From Patescibacteria group bacterium (GTDB lineage Bacteria; Patescibacteriota; Gracilibacteria; UBA4473), in NCBI GenBank assembly GCA_965660445.1, contig CBFIAK010000001.1:128001-192000 (forward strand): a stretch of 64,000 nt of DNA, written 5' to 3'. The position numbers and the translations under genes are program-made. The notes beneath the pieces were generated by a model. That model was not told where the DNA came from. It made no database searches and worked only from the letters and a program-made list of their open reading frames with translations. Of this stretch, positions 63,202 to 64,000 are shown in pieces (position 1 is the first letter of the stretch; every line of letters starts with the position of its first letter).

Positions 63202-64000
63202 TTAAAGAACAATATTCATTTTTCCAACACTTTCTTGGGGTGAGTAATTTGATAATAGTATTTTAAAACATTCATCCACTAAATCATGGTCACCATTCTC
63301 AGCTCTTATGAAAGCATTTTTAGGGCATAAAAAAGGGATAGGGGGGTGTAGGGGTGATCGTGTAATAATCTCATCAGCTTGCTGAAAATGAATATCGTAA
63401 ATATGGGCGTTTGAAATAGAGATTGTCAAAAGTCCTACTGGAATATTTAATTTTTCTGCTAAAAAATAATTCAATAAAGCAAACCCTGCAACATCATGAG
63501 GGTTTCCAAGCATCATATCATTAGATCGAATAACAAGATGTAAACAAAGCCTTCCCCCAATAACTTGAACAGTAAATGTAAATGGACATGGAACATTTTT
63601 CTTTTTTGTTCCATTTGCAAGCCCATCATCAGAAGGATCCCACATTAAAATAACACCATGTCTTGATGATTGATCAGAAGAAAGAAGTTGCAAAAGTCCT
63701 TCTATTTGGTCTCTTTGAAAATGTTTTCTCCATCGATATCCATAAGCAGAAGAAACTATATTTCCTTTATCTGCAAAATCATCCCATATTTTTGTATATT
63801 GTTGTAAAAAATCTAATTCTCTTTTTCCTTGTAAAAACCAAACTTGCTCGGCAATAAATATTTTAAGAGGGATTTTACGAAGTGTTAAAAGAGGAAACCC
63901 TTTTTCTAAATCAAACTGCATATGAGCGCCTGCTATACTCTGACAGATATGTCCTGTTCTTTTATTTTTTTCTTGAAAACCTTCTTCTCGTATTTTTTTT
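63202..64000 (-). CDS. thyA: Thymidylate synthase-family protein, 5' end beyond the window; dCMP-type active site
   Basis: Frame is open to the window end (KRTG..), FPLLT, AYGYRWR, SSR, PCP, RSNDMMLGNPHD, NAHIY. Confidence 0.88.
   Translation of the reverse strand, partial: KKIREEGFQEKNKRTGHICQSIAGAHMQFDLEKGFPLLTLRKIPLKIFIAEQVWFLQGKRELDFLQQYTKIWDDFADKGNIVSSAYGYRWRKHFQRDQIEGLLQLLSSDQSSRHGVILMWDPSDDGLANGTKKKNVPCPFTFTVQVIGGRLCLHLVIRSNDMMLGNPHDVAGFALLNYFLAEKLNIPVGLLTISISNAHIYDIHFQQADEIITRSPLHPPIPFLCPKNAFIRAENGDHDLVDECFKILLSNYSPQESVGKMNIVL

Overview
AT-rich chromosomal window from a Patescibacteria (CPR) bacterium, probably Gracilibacteria/Peregrinibacteria-like. The assignment rests on 16S signatures, CPR-type gene content and an archaeal-type TPI. 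It uses standard code 11: conserved genes are intact and TGA acts as a stop. It contains a heavy-metal efflux/permease locus, a stand-alone 16S rRNA gene with a non-canonical anti-SD tail, comEC/dprA, rplJL, murJ, rnj, an orphan secY, a second RND pump, a TrmB/HD/RelA-SpoT cluster, tmRNA, valS, tpi, a T4CP-like ATPase, an S10 operon ending at rpsC, and a partial thyA-family gene. The most notable observations are: (1) the thyA-family enzyme has Asp at the E. coli N177 position and has lost H147, the signature of a dCMP-specific rather than dUMP-specific enzyme; (2) a dispersed composite intergenic repeat built on the palindrome GAGACCGGTCTC, with fixed 82/93-bp spacings, compensatory changes and heptamer arrays; (3) about 10 apparently leaderless genes alongside the altered 16S tail; (4) a histidine-phosphatase domain inserted in ValRS; (5) a CxxC/PPP leader ORF plus attenuator-like hairpins ahead of the Cus-like pump; (6) two tandem paralogous orphan genes, each with its own promoter, SD and terminator. 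All assignments come from motif recognition by eye; no database searches were run.
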